Of a DNA stretch of 64,000 nt, positions 29,857 to 38,510 are shown in pieces. Positions within the stretch are counted from its first letter, which is position 1. Each line of letters opens with the position of its first letter. The position numbers were made by a program, and so were the translations under genes. The DNA is from Spirochaetia bacterium (GTDB taxonomy: Bacteria; Spirochaetota; Spirochaetia; UBA9216), in NCBI GenBank assembly GCA_965140585.1, contig OZ223265.1, positions 224,001 through 288,000 of the forward strand, in the 5' to 3' direction. The notes under the pieces are model-generated. The model saw nothing but the letters and a program-made list of their open reading frames with translations. It made no database searches and was not told the origin of the DNA.

Positions 29857-30540
29857 ATGAACTTTTACACCGATACATACCCCGATATTTCATCACTTCC
29901 CAAATCTGAAAGACCCCGGGAACTGCTTTTTGAACACGGCCCCGAATATCTGAGTGATGTCCAGCTTATGGCAATAATGCTTGGGTCGGGCTCAAAGGGA
30001 AACAATGTGATCAAACTTTCGCAGTCAGTTCTGGAACTGTATAATGAAAATCCTGTTGATACGGTAATGCCCGAAACCTTGATGAGGGTAAACGGGCTTG
30101 GAACAGCTAAAACAGCCCAGCTTTCAGCGGCAATTGAGTTTGCCAGAAGAAGAATCAAACCTCTTGCCAAACGGATCTCATCACCTGCCGATGCGGCTCC
30201 CCTTCTTTATTATTATGCTTCGAGCAAGAAAGAGCATTTTCTCTGCATTTCACTTAACGGAGCACATGAAGTAATTGCTCTGAGAGTTGTGTCCATGGGA
30301 ACTCTGAACCGGACGATAGTACACCCCCGTGAGGTTTTTGCCGATCCTATTAAGGAACATGCAGCTGGAATCATCTGCGCCCACAATCACCCTTCAGGAA
30401 ATACCGAGCCGAGCAGGGAGGATATTGAGCTTACCGAGAGGTTAAAAAAAGCAGGCGATATCCTGGGGATAGGCCTGCTGGACCATCTGATTATCTCGGA
30501 AACCGGTTTCTACAGTTTTTCCGAACACGGGCTTATTTGA
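29857..30540 (+). CDS. radC: RadC/JAB domain protein
   Basis: ERPRE, HhH region, VHPREVF, AHNHPSG...D and LLDH motifs. Confidence 0.92.
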   Translation: MNFYTDTYPDISSLPKSERPRELLFEHGPEYLSDVQLMAIMLGSGSKGNNVIKLSQSVLELYNENPVDTVMPETLMRVNGLGTAKTAQLSAAIEFARRRIKPLAKRISSPADAAPLLYYYASSKKEHFLCISLNGAHEVIALRVVSMGTLNRTIVHPREVFADPIKEHAAGIICAHNHPSGNTEPSREDIELTERLKKAGDILGIGLLDHLIISETGFYSFSEHGLI

Positions 30541-30582
30541 TAAAGCATGAAATACAATTAGGTCATCGTTTAGAATATGATA

Positions 30583-32130
30583 CTAATCAGTTATATTTCC
30601 ATTGCGATAATTGACTGTACATCCATTAGCAATCAACTGATTGATAACAGACAGGTTGGCTGTACCGGTTTCAGAAGTTAAATCCATTCCATTGTACATA
30701 ACATCCAGATGACTTAATCCGTTTAAGTTACTCAAAACTGATATATCCGAAATGTTATTGTACCTCAGGGTAAGGGTTGTCAGAGCTTTCAAACCGGCTA
30801 ATCCCGATATATCAGAGATGTCATTATTATTTAAATACAGAGACTTCAGTTTCTTTAAAGTGGACAGAGCGGAAACATCAGATATATTATTTGAATAAAG
30901 ATATAAATTTGTAAGATCCGTTAATTTAGACAGCCATGAAATGTCGGATATATTATTAATACCTAAAGATAACGAAGTTAATCTTTTCAACCCGGACAGA
31001 TACTTTATCTCTTCGATACTGTTATCTCCGAGAGAAAGACTTTGGAGGTTTATCAGATTTGCCAGAGGACTTAAATCCTGAATGCTGTTAACATCGGCAG
31101 TAAGATATTCCAATTTTGTTAAATTTCTCAACGGGCTTATATTAATTATGTCATTCTGGTCAATTATCAAATAATTAATATTTGTCAGACTGTTTATAAA
31201 TGTTAAATCAGTAATTCCTGAATTATCCAGTCTCAAATCATTTAAGTTAGTTAAATCTGATAAATATGAAAAATCGTCTACAGGATTATCACTTAAGTTC
31301 AGCATTCGCAGAGAACTGCATGAAGAAATGGATGCTATATCTGTAATGCCACAATCTCCGAAGATAAGTGAGTCAAGTTTTTTTAGCTTTGATAGAAAAA
31401 CAGTATCTTCTATCGGTGAAAGGATTTCCAGATAAGTTAAATTCTGTAAATATCCAACAGGTGAAAAATCGGTAACAGATCCATCCAAACCTAGAGATAA
31501 GGAGTATAATGATCCGTGAAGTTTATTAAGAAAATCCAAATTATTCGGATAAATTATTAATAGAGACTTTAAATTTATCAAATATTCAATGCCCGAGTAA
31601 TCTGTCACTTCATTATAAAGATACAGAGCATCAACATCATTCAGATCATATGTATAGATGTCAGTTTTATCAAGTGAAGATTTTAATGAATTGTATAAAT
31701 TCATATCCGGGAATAATCCGCTGTCAACAGAATAGCCGATCTTCAAATCCCAGCTTTTCGAAAAAATTATATCATCCTCAAAAAACTGAGGATTTATAAT
31801 CAGACCAACCCAACCACGAGTAAAGTCAATCGGAGTTAATCCCGAAGTCAGCTCTTGAAAATTGGAATCAGTATGAGACCATGCGGAATTATCTTCATCA
31901 GTTCCATTAATTTCAAAATCTACGACAATAGAGCTTAAATCTATTCTATTCGGTAATTTTACTGTTATCGTATATTCATCTATATCCCCTTCTGAGTCAG
32001 AGAGCAAATCCTTATTATTCTCCTTAAGAACAGAAAAAGAAACCAGCTCAGGATCGGAATAAAAGAGCCTGCAGCCGGAAAAAATAAAAAACAGACAGCA
32101 GTAAAAGCAGTTTTTAACTATTTTCGACAT
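30583..32130 (-). CDS. Internalin-like leucine-rich-repeat lipoprotein
   Basis: Lipobox FSGC; tandem 22-aa LxxLxxLxLxxNxIxDIxxLxx repeats; visibly AT-rich DNA. Confidence 0.88.
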   Translation of the reverse strand: MSKIVKNCFYCCLFFIFSGCRLFYSDPELVSFSVLKENNKDLLSDSEGDIDEYTITVKLPNRIDLSSIVVDFEINGTDEDNSAWSHTDSNFQELTSGLTPIDFTRGWVGLIINPQFFEDDIIFSKSWDLKIGYSVDSGLFPDMNLYNSLKSSLDKTDIYTYDLNDVDALYLYNEVTDYSGIEYLINLKSLLIIYPNNLDFLNKLHGSLYSLSLGLDGSVTDFSPVGYLQNLTYLEILSPIEDTVFLSKLKKLDSLIFGDCGITDIASISSCSSLRMLNLSDNPVDDFSYLSDLTNLNDLRLDNSGITDLTFINSLTNINYLIIDQNDIINISPLRNLTKLEYLTADVNSIQDLSPLANLINLQSLSLGDNSIEEIKYLSGLKRLTSLSLGINNISDISWLSKLTDLTNLYLYSNNISDVSALSTLKKLKSLYLNNNDISDISGLAGLKALTTLTLRYNNISDISVLSNLNGLSHLDVMYNGMDLTSETGTANLSVINQLIANGCTVNYRNGNITD

Positions 32131-32215
32131 AATATATACAACTTCCTTAATTGTATGAGTAGATTTAATACTGATAAATAACAGAAGTCAAGAAGATATA
32201 GAACTAAAAGGATAT

Positions 32216-32255
32216 AAAAAAACAGGCTGATTTGATTCGAAAATCAGCCTGTTTT
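32216..32255 (-). terminator. Terminator of the maoC-bcd-etf operon
   Basis: AAAACAGGCTGATTT...AAATCAGCCTGTTTT with an A-run. Confidence 0.8.
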
Positions 32256-32284
32256 GATTTATTTCTGCACTGTCGAAATTAGCT

Positions 32285-33472
32285 CTATGAAGCTACGTTC
32301 CACTGGGAAATCAGTTCAGGAATAATTTTATAAAGATCCCCTACAAGACCGTAATCTGCAACTTCGAAGATCGGAGCCTCGGGGTCCTTATTGATCGCAA
32401 TGATTATGTCCGAGGTCTGCATACCGGCCAGATGCTGAATAGCTCCTGAGATTCCGCATGCAAAGTAGATCTTTGGTTTAACTGTAGTTCCAGTCTGACC
32501 GACCTGCTGGGTATGGTCTATCCAGCCTGAATCAACTGCAGCTCTGGAGGCTCCGACAGTGCCTCCGACAGCCTCGGCAAGATCACCGATCAGCTTGAAA
32601 CCCTCGGAACTTCCAAGACCGCGTCCCCCCGCACAGATTATTTCAGCATCAAGAAGTGAGGCATGCTTTTTAGCTGATTTCACTATTTCTTTAACCTTTG
32701 TCCTTACATCAGCTGCTGACAGTACGGGCTTGAATTCGATTATTTCAGCCTTACGGGTTTCATCTTTTTCAAGCCTGTCCATAACGCCGGGACGAACCGT
32801 AGACATCTGGGGCCTGGTCTTCGGACATACAATTGTAGCCATCAGGTTGCCGCCGAACGCCGGCCTTGTCTGAAGCAGTCTTCTGTTTTCCGTATCAATT
32901 TCAAGCTTTGTACAGTCAGCTGTAAGACCGGTATTAAGTCTGGCGGCAATACGGGGTGCAAGATCACGGCCGATGTGAGTAGCACCGAAGAGTACAATCT
33001 CGGGTTTATATTCAAGGACTGCATCTGTAAGAACCTTTGTGTAGGCATCTGTGGTAAAGTTTTCCAGGAGCGGGTTCTCAATGGTGATAATCTTTTCGGC
33101 GCCGAAGGAGGACAGCTCGCTCAGCATCAGCTTTACCTCCGAACCTGCAATAACAGCACAGACTGATACACCAAGCTCGCTTGCAAGTCTGCTGGCCTCA
33201 CCAAGCAGTTCAATTGTCACACCCATAAGCTCTCCGCCGCGGTGTTCTGCAAAAACCCAGACATCCTTGTAAGCGGAAAGATCTGCAGCCTCCTTTTGCT
33301 CGGCAGTATTTTCAATCGCATCAAAGGGGCAGGCTTCAATACACTGACCGCAGGCAGTACACTTTTCATTGATTACTGCGAGTCTTCCCTGCATTTCTAT
33401 CGCATTAAAGGGACAGGCCTTAACACATTTAGTACAGCCCCTGCATTGATCTTCAATTATTATAACAGCCAT
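32285..33472 (-). CDS. etfA: Electron transfer flavoprotein alpha subunit with N-terminal 2x[4Fe-4S] ferredoxin domain
   Basis: [12 protein letters not shown] and [12 protein letters not shown]; RPAFGG, QVGQTG and GISGAIQH motifs. Confidence 0.93.
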   Translation of the reverse strand: MAVIIIEDQCRGCTKCVKACPFNAIEMQGRLAVINEKCTACGQCIEACPFDAIENTAEQKEAADLSAYKDVWVFAEHRGGELMGVTIELLGEASRLASELGVSVCAVIAGSEVKLMLSELSSFGAEKIITIENPLLENFTTDAYTKVLTDAVLEYKPEIVLFGATHIGRDLAPRIAARLNTGLTADCTKLEIDTENRRLLQTRPAFGGNLMATIVCPKTRPQMSTVRPGVMDRLEKDETRKAEIIEFKPVLSAADVRTKVKEIVKSAKKHASLLDAEIICAGGRGLGSSEGFKLIGDLAEAVGGTVGASRAAVDSGWIDHTQQVGQTGTTVKPKIYFACGISGAIQHLAGMQTSDIIIAINKDPEAPIFEVADYGLVGDLYKIIPELISQWNVAS

Positions 33473-33488
33473 TATCTTCTCCTGTTCA

Positions 33489-34277
33489 TTAAACTAAGTG
33501 TTTGGCTTTCAGCTCTGAAAGGAGTCCGGAAACCAACTCGACGGATGTATCACCTTCAATCATCTTTCCTTTGCCCTTGGGTTCAGGAGTAAAGGATCTG
33601 AAAACATTTGTCGGAGATGCATCAAGCCCTACTATATCTGAGGAGATACCAAGGTCTGCTGCAGACCACAGGGTGATTTCCTTTTTATATGCCGCGAATA
33701 TTCCACCCACATTCATGTACCGTGGAGTGTTCAGCTCTTTAATTGCGGTTAACAGACATGGAAGTTTAACCTCAAGCATCTCATAACCGTCTTCGAGGGC
33801 CCGCTTTACATTGAGCGTATCTCCGACGACTTCGAAATCTTCAACATAGGTTACCTGTGCCAGTCCGAGTTTTTCTGCGATCTGGGGGCCGACCTGGGCT
33901 GTATCTCCGTCAATTGCCTGACGGCCGGCCAGGATAAGATCGTAGTCGCCTATTTTCTCTATTGCTGCAGATATACAGTTGGAGGTTGCCCAGGTATCTG
34001 AACCGGCGAAGGCTCTGTCTGAAAGCAGTACAGCCTCATCAGCTCCCATTGCAAGACCTTCACGCAGCATTACATCGGCCTGCGGAGGGCCCATTGAAAC
34101 CAGAGTTATTTGAACTGACGGGTCCGCATCCTTCAGCTTAAGTGCAGCTTCAAGTGCGTTGGCGTCGTCGTTATTCATAATGGATGGAACCCCCTCCCTG
34201 ATGAGAGTTCCTGTTTTTGTATCTATTCTTACTTCATTGGTGTCAGGCACCTGTTTTACACAGACAATAATCTTCAT
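33489..34277 (-). CDS. etfB: Electron transfer flavoprotein beta subunit
   Basis: [17 protein letters not shown] and [13 protein letters not shown] motifs. Confidence 0.95.
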   Translation of the reverse strand: MKIIVCVKQVPDTNEVRIDTKTGTLIREGVPSIMNNDDANALEAALKLKDADPSVQITLVSMGPPQADVMLREGLAMGADEAVLLSDRAFAGSDTWATSNCISAAIEKIGDYDLILAGRQAIDGDTAQVGPQIAEKLGLAQVTYVEDFEVVGDTLNVKRALEDGYEMLEVKLPCLLTAIKELNTPRYMNVGGIFAAYKKEITLWSAADLGISSDIVGLDASPTNVFRSFTPEPKGKGKMIEGDTSVELVSGLLSELKAKHLV

Positions 34278-34298
34278 AATTTCTCCAAAAAAAAATCG

Positions 34299-35438
34299 CT
34301 ATCTCAGCGCAGAGGCTGCAATAACCATCTTCTGAACCTCTGATGTACCTTCATAGATTTCGGTAATCTTTGCGTCGCGCATCATCCTCTCAACGGGGTA
34401 ATCTCTTGTATAACCGTATCCGCCGTGAAGCTGCACGGCCTTCGTTGTAACATACATCGCAGTTTCTGATGCGAAAAGTTTAGCCATGGCCGCCTCGGTT
34501 CCATAGGGCTTACCTTCCTGTTTTTTACAGGCGGCACTGTAAACAAGCAGTCTTGCAGCCTCGATCCTGGTTTTCATATCAGCAATCTCGAACTGCAGGG
34601 CCTGCATCTTATTCAGCTTCATACCGAACTGCTTTCGCTGGTCAAGGTAGGCAACTGTTTTATCGAATGCACCCTGAGCTATTCCCAGAGCCTGAGCAGC
34701 AATTCCGATACGTCCGCCGTCAAGGGTAGTCATTGCAACCTTAAATCCCTTGCCTTCCTGACCGAGCAGATTTTCTGCAGGGACACGGCAGTTTTCAAAT
34801 ATCAGTTCGGATGTAGCCGAAGCTCGGATTCCCATCTTGTCTTCTTTCTTTCCTATTGAAAAACCCTCAGTTTTTCCATCAACAATAAATGCACTGATTC
34901 CACGGGTTCCCTTTGATTTATCAGTCATTGCCATAACTACATAGGTATCAGCCTTGCTGCCGTTTGTGATAAAAATCTTTGAACCGTTAAGTATCCATGA
35001 GTCACCGTCGAGTACAGCCCTGGTCTGCTGACCCGCAGCATCAGTTCCGGCGTTGGGTTCGGTGAGGCCGAAAGCTCCGAGTTTCTCACCGTTTAATAGC
35101 GGCACAAGGTATTTCTTTTTCTGCTCTTCAGTTCCGAAGTGATATATCGGCCATGCGCATAATGATGTATGTGCAGAGCAGATAACACCTGTAGTTCCAC
35201 AGACACGGGATAGTTCTTCAACTGCAATTGCATATGAAACGTTGTCCCCGCCGGCACCGCTGTATTCTACGGGAAAGGGGATGCTTAAAAGTCCCAGTTT
35301 TTTCATCTTTGCGACAGTTTCATCAGGGAAGCGTCCTGTTTCATCAATTTCAGCTGCAATGGGTTCAACCTCATTTTCGGCAAACTTACGTACCATTGTC
35401 CGAAGCAGAGTCTGCTCCCTTGTTTCTTGAAAAGTCAT
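34299..35438 (-). CDS. bcd: Butyryl-CoA-type acyl-CoA dehydrogenase
   Basis: GLTEPNAGTD, KIFITN, QLHGGYGY and EIYEGTSE motifs. Confidence 0.88.
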   Translation of the reverse strand: MTFQETREQTLLRTMVRKFAENEVEPIAAEIDETGRFPDETVAKMKKLGLLSIPFPVEYSGAGGDNVSYAIAVEELSRVCGTTGVICSAHTSLCAWPIYHFGTEEQKKKYLVPLLNGEKLGAFGLTEPNAGTDAAGQQTRAVLDGDSWILNGSKIFITNGSKADTYVVMAMTDKSKGTRGISAFIVDGKTEGFSIGKKEDKMGIRASATSELIFENCRVPAENLLGQEGKGFKVAMTTLDGGRIGIAAQALGIAQGAFDKTVAYLDQRKQFGMKLNKMQALQFEIADMKTRIEAARLLVYSAACKKQEGKPYGTEAAMAKLFASETAMYVTTKAVQLHGGYGYTRDYPVERMMRDAKITEIYEGTSEVQKMVIAASALR

Positions 35439-35460
35439 ATATTTCCTCCAGATTCCTGTT

Positions 35461-35880
35461 TCAGGCTTTAGGCGGCATAACGGTTGCTATACCGGTAATT
35501 ACATCTTCACCGTTCTGGTTAGTAACGATAGTTTCCAGTTTTACCCGGTTTTTTTCAATATTCATTTCTTTCACGCTGACGGTAGCAGTCACAGTATCAC
35601 CGATAAAAACCGGCTTTGTAAACCGCAGTTCCTGCCCCATGTAGATAGTGCCCGGCCCTGGCAGCTTTGTGCCGAGTACATTTGAAATGAAACCGACGCT
35701 GAGCATTCCATGAGCTATACGCCTTCCGAACATACCTGCCCGTGCCTCTTCTTCGTTAATATGCGCCGGATTAAAATCACCGGTTATACCGGCATACAGA
35801 ACAACGTCAGTCTCTGTAACGGTTTTGGTAAAGGAAGCGCTGTCGCCTTCTTTCATTTCAGATATGGTAATACCCTTCAT
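35461..35880 (-). CDS. MaoC/PhaJ-type (R)-specific enoyl-CoA hydratase
   Basis: GDFNPAH, IAHG and LPGPG hotdog motifs; GGAGG SD before the ATG at 35880. Confidence 0.9.
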   Translation of the reverse strand: MKGITISEMKEGDSASFTKTVTETDVVLYAGITGDFNPAHINEEEARAGMFGRRIAHGMLSVGFISNVLGTKLPGPGTIYMGQELRFTKPVFIGDTVTATVSVKEMNIEKNRVKLETIVTNQNGEDVITGIATVMPPKA

Positions 35881-35917
35881 TTGAGCCCTCCAGATTAGTA
35901 GTGAATCATCTCTCATT

Positions 35918-35946
35918 ATTATCAAACAGGATTGCCGGCTTGTCAA
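35918..35946 (-). promoter_or_regulatory. Candidate sigma70 promoter of maoC-bcd-etfBA
   Basis: TTGACA-N17-GATAAT on the minus strand. Confidence 0.55.
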
Positions 35947-35994
35947 GTTTTAAATATTATTTTATCTATATAATTTTACGGATTTATTGAATAG

Positions 35995-36936
35995 TCAGAT
36001 AATATCATCTGGAAATCCAAACTTGAATGATATATAAAATCTGTCCGGCCTATCGAATATCGGAAGCAATACATCATCCAGGACATAATGAATGCTGTTG
36101 TGGATATATTGTTTGAACAGCTCTGAATCATATCCGAATGATAAAATGTAGTTATCGTAAATAAATGACAGATATACCACATCGGCTGCATATTCCCCGG
36201 CAGAGATAAAGGTTACAGTATTTTCACGACCGGCTTCGTCTGAGATATAAAAATCACCATCATTTGAAAATCCCCATAAGTTCTTCCGCTCGCCGGCCCA
36301 TAGAGTGAATCCAAGTGAACAGCCTATTATCGAATTTTCCAGGGCATAGAGCCAGGAGAGCTTAAAAGCTGCGGTGCGGTAGCTGTCTGTTAAATAGAAC
36401 AGCATGGTATCATTTTCATAATTCATCATGAATACGCTTCTTTTATTTATAAATGTATAATCAAGCTGTCCGGTTATCTGGCTAGTCGAATCGGTACAAA
36501 GATATCCAGTATATCCAAACCGAAAATTATGCTGCCGGTTACCGTAAACCATCGGGAAGTCTGAAAAAAGTTCATTCTCTGCTCCTGCAGAATACATGGC
36601 GGAAAGATTCAGCTCACCTGTGAATTTCTCGCCGGGAATCCCGAAATCTTTTTCAAAGAAAAGAGCGTCAATTTTACTGTAAAACCCGATACTTTCAGAT
36701 AATTCATTTATTCCCTGAAGAGGAAGCATGCTCAATAGTGAGAAATCAGTATAAGTCAGAAATTGTCCATTAAAACCGGCACCGCTCCGATGTGTTCCAT
36801 GTTCAGAGGATAATCCGAGGTATGCATGCGAATTACCAATTTCATAACATAATGAGGGAAAACCGGGATAATTGTTTTCAGCTGCAGCCGATATCAGATT
36901 GCCGAATAATAATGTTGCCAGAATAATCTTTTTCAC
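35995..36936 (-). CDS. Secreted hypothetical protein with an Ntox23-like/LpxR-like motif set
   Basis: Signal peptide ending AAA; YEND...DSYRTAA and GYDSE...HNSIH motifs; beta-rich. Confidence 0.6.
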   Translation of the reverse strand: MKKIILATLLFGNLISAAAENNYPGFPSLCYEIGNSHAYLGLSSEHGTHRSGAGFNGQFLTYTDFSLLSMLPLQGINELSESIGFYSKIDALFFEKDFGIPGEKFTGELNLSAMYSAGAENELFSDFPMVYGNRQHNFRFGYTGYLCTDSTSQITGQLDYTFINKRSVFMMNYENDTMLFYLTDSYRTAAFKLSWLYALENSIIGCSLGFTLWAGERKNLWGFSNDGDFYISDEAGRENTVTFISAGEYAADVVYLSFIYDNYILSFGYDSELFKQYIHNSIHYVLDDVLLPIFDRPDRFYISFKFGFPDDII

Positions 36937-37099
36937 TTATAACTCTTTATTCTTTTAGGTAATTTCAAAACTAACCGAGTTTTGTAGGAAGCTCCTTTAT
37001 AAATATCTATTTCATCACTATGGCTGAGCTGTTACTATTTTTCCAAAATATATATACAGTTGAACAGAAAATATAAAAATCTTATACTTTCGTCAAAAT

Positions 37100-37744
37100 A
37101 TGTCTGTAAATAACGCTGAAATCCAGAAGATTGTGAACTCGATGGGAAGCCTTGATGAGACAGAAGTCATCAAGAGCGTAGAAGCCCTATTAAAGAAGGG
37201 TATGCCTCCGATTGAAGTCCAAAGATGTATAAACATAGGCATCGAGCTCGTAACACGTTTTTATCAGTCCGGAGAATATTATCTGGCTGATATAATTTAT
37301 GCCGGTTATATTTACCGGAAAATACTGCACATGAAAGATATGCAGAGCAAATATTGCGGGCGTGAGATAAGAGTTGCTGTTGGCTCTATCAACAATGATA
37401 TTCATAACATCGGAAAATCAATACTGATAAGTACTCTAAAATCTTACGGGTTCAAATACATAGATGCCGGCAATTCAGTAAATTCCGGGGAATCAATACA
37501 ACTGTTAAAGGAATTTAAACCGCACATCATTGCGCTGAGCTGCAATCAGATATCCACCAAAAGGGATCTTAAGAAGACTGTATCAGAATTAAAATCAACC
37601 TTCAAAAACATTACAGATTTAAAGGTTATTATTGGAGGAAACAGCCCTCTTGCTGATAACTGGCAGAATGCCGGTGCAGACAAATATATAAAAAATGAAA
37701 TTGAATTCATCGAATACTGTCTAGCACTCAGGGAGACAGTTTAA
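37100..37744 (+). CDS. Cobalamin-binding (corrinoid) protein
   Basis: Helical cap domain, DIHNIG (DxHxxG), ALS and IGG motifs. Confidence 0.88.
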   Translation: MSVNNAEIQKIVNSMGSLDETEVIKSVEALLKKGMPPIEVQRCINIGIELVTRFYQSGEYYLADIIYAGYIYRKILHMKDMQSKYCGREIRVAVGSINNDIHNIGKSILISTLKSYGFKYIDAGNSVNSGESIQLLKEFKPHIIALSCNQISTKRDLKKTVSELKSTFKNITDLKVIIGGNSPLADNWQNAGADKYIKNEIEFIEYCLALRETV

Positions 37745-38479
37745 ATGGAAAACAAATCACTGTCTCCTAATATAGAAATATCCAACAGCCTCAGAAGAAA
37801 GATACTTGAAGGCTACTACGCTCCCGGAGATCACCTTCCCACAGAGTTTGAACTGGCTGAACAATTCGGAACCAGCCGCGGGACAGTCCGGAAGGCACTG
37901 AAGCTTCTAAGCAGTGAAAAAATTATTTCATCACAGCAGGGTAAGGGATATTTTGTCCGTAAGCCTGATTTCAATCAATACTCCATGGAGTTTGACCTTT
38001 TCGGTCTTGGAAACAGAACTGAAACAAAGATAATTGATATGATTGAGGTGCCTGAAAACATCAGAAAAGTTCTTGAAACGGAGAAAGACCGGGCAGTAAT
38101 TTACATACAGATTGTAATTTACCATGATTCAGAACCGGTAGCATGTGAAGATAAATATCTGCCGTATTTTAAGGGTTATCCTACAATTGAAAGTCTTATG
38201 CAGTATCCATATAACAGAGACAGGGTTACGCAGAAACTCAACAGCTATGACATTCACCATGAGATAAGGTTTTCCTCCGGACCGGTTTCGGCGGAACATA
38301 GAAAACTTCTTAAATGCGGGGAAGATGAATCTGTACTAAAGCTGATACGGATGATTAAGAATCAGTATGATGAAGTTCTTGCCTATGGGGTAGTTTCTTT
38401 TAAAGATGAAGAACATCCTCTAATTGCATATTCAGGTTTTTTAGGCAAAACCCTGGAAAAGAACGACCGGCAGCAGTAG
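37745..38479 (+). CDS. GntR/HutC (UTRA) transcriptional regulator
   Basis: LPTEFELAEQFGTSRGTVRKAL...QGKGYFV; UTRA-like C-terminus; TAA-ATG abutting the corrinoid gene. Confidence 0.9.
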   Translation: MENKSLSPNIEISNSLRRKILEGYYAPGDHLPTEFELAEQFGTSRGTVRKALKLLSSEKIISSQQGKGYFVRKPDFNQYSMEFDLFGLGNRTETKIIDMIEVPENIRKVLETEKDRAVIYIQIVIYHDSEPVACEDKYLPYFKGYPTIESLMQYPYNRDRVTQKLNSYDIHHEIRFSSGPVSAEHRKLLKCGEDESVLKLIRMIKNQYDEVLAYGVVSFKDEEHPLIAYSGFLGKTLEKNDRQQ

Positions 38480-38501
38480 CATAAGGTTATCTGCCGCCGG
38501 T
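38466..38501. terminator. Stem-loop between the convergent gntR and reductase genes
   Basis: ACCGGCAGCAG...CTGCCGCCGGT inverted repeat. Confidence 0.5.
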
Positions 38502-38510
38502 ACAGAGGAT

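Noticed and set aside
29857-30540. Mobile-element-type RadC marking an island
   Set aside because: It is the full-length chromosomal type with an N-terminal HhH region; no integrase or att sites were seen.
30700-31450. CRISPR-like or DNA repeat array
   Set aside because: The 66-nt periodicity is degenerate and fully explained by LRR coding.
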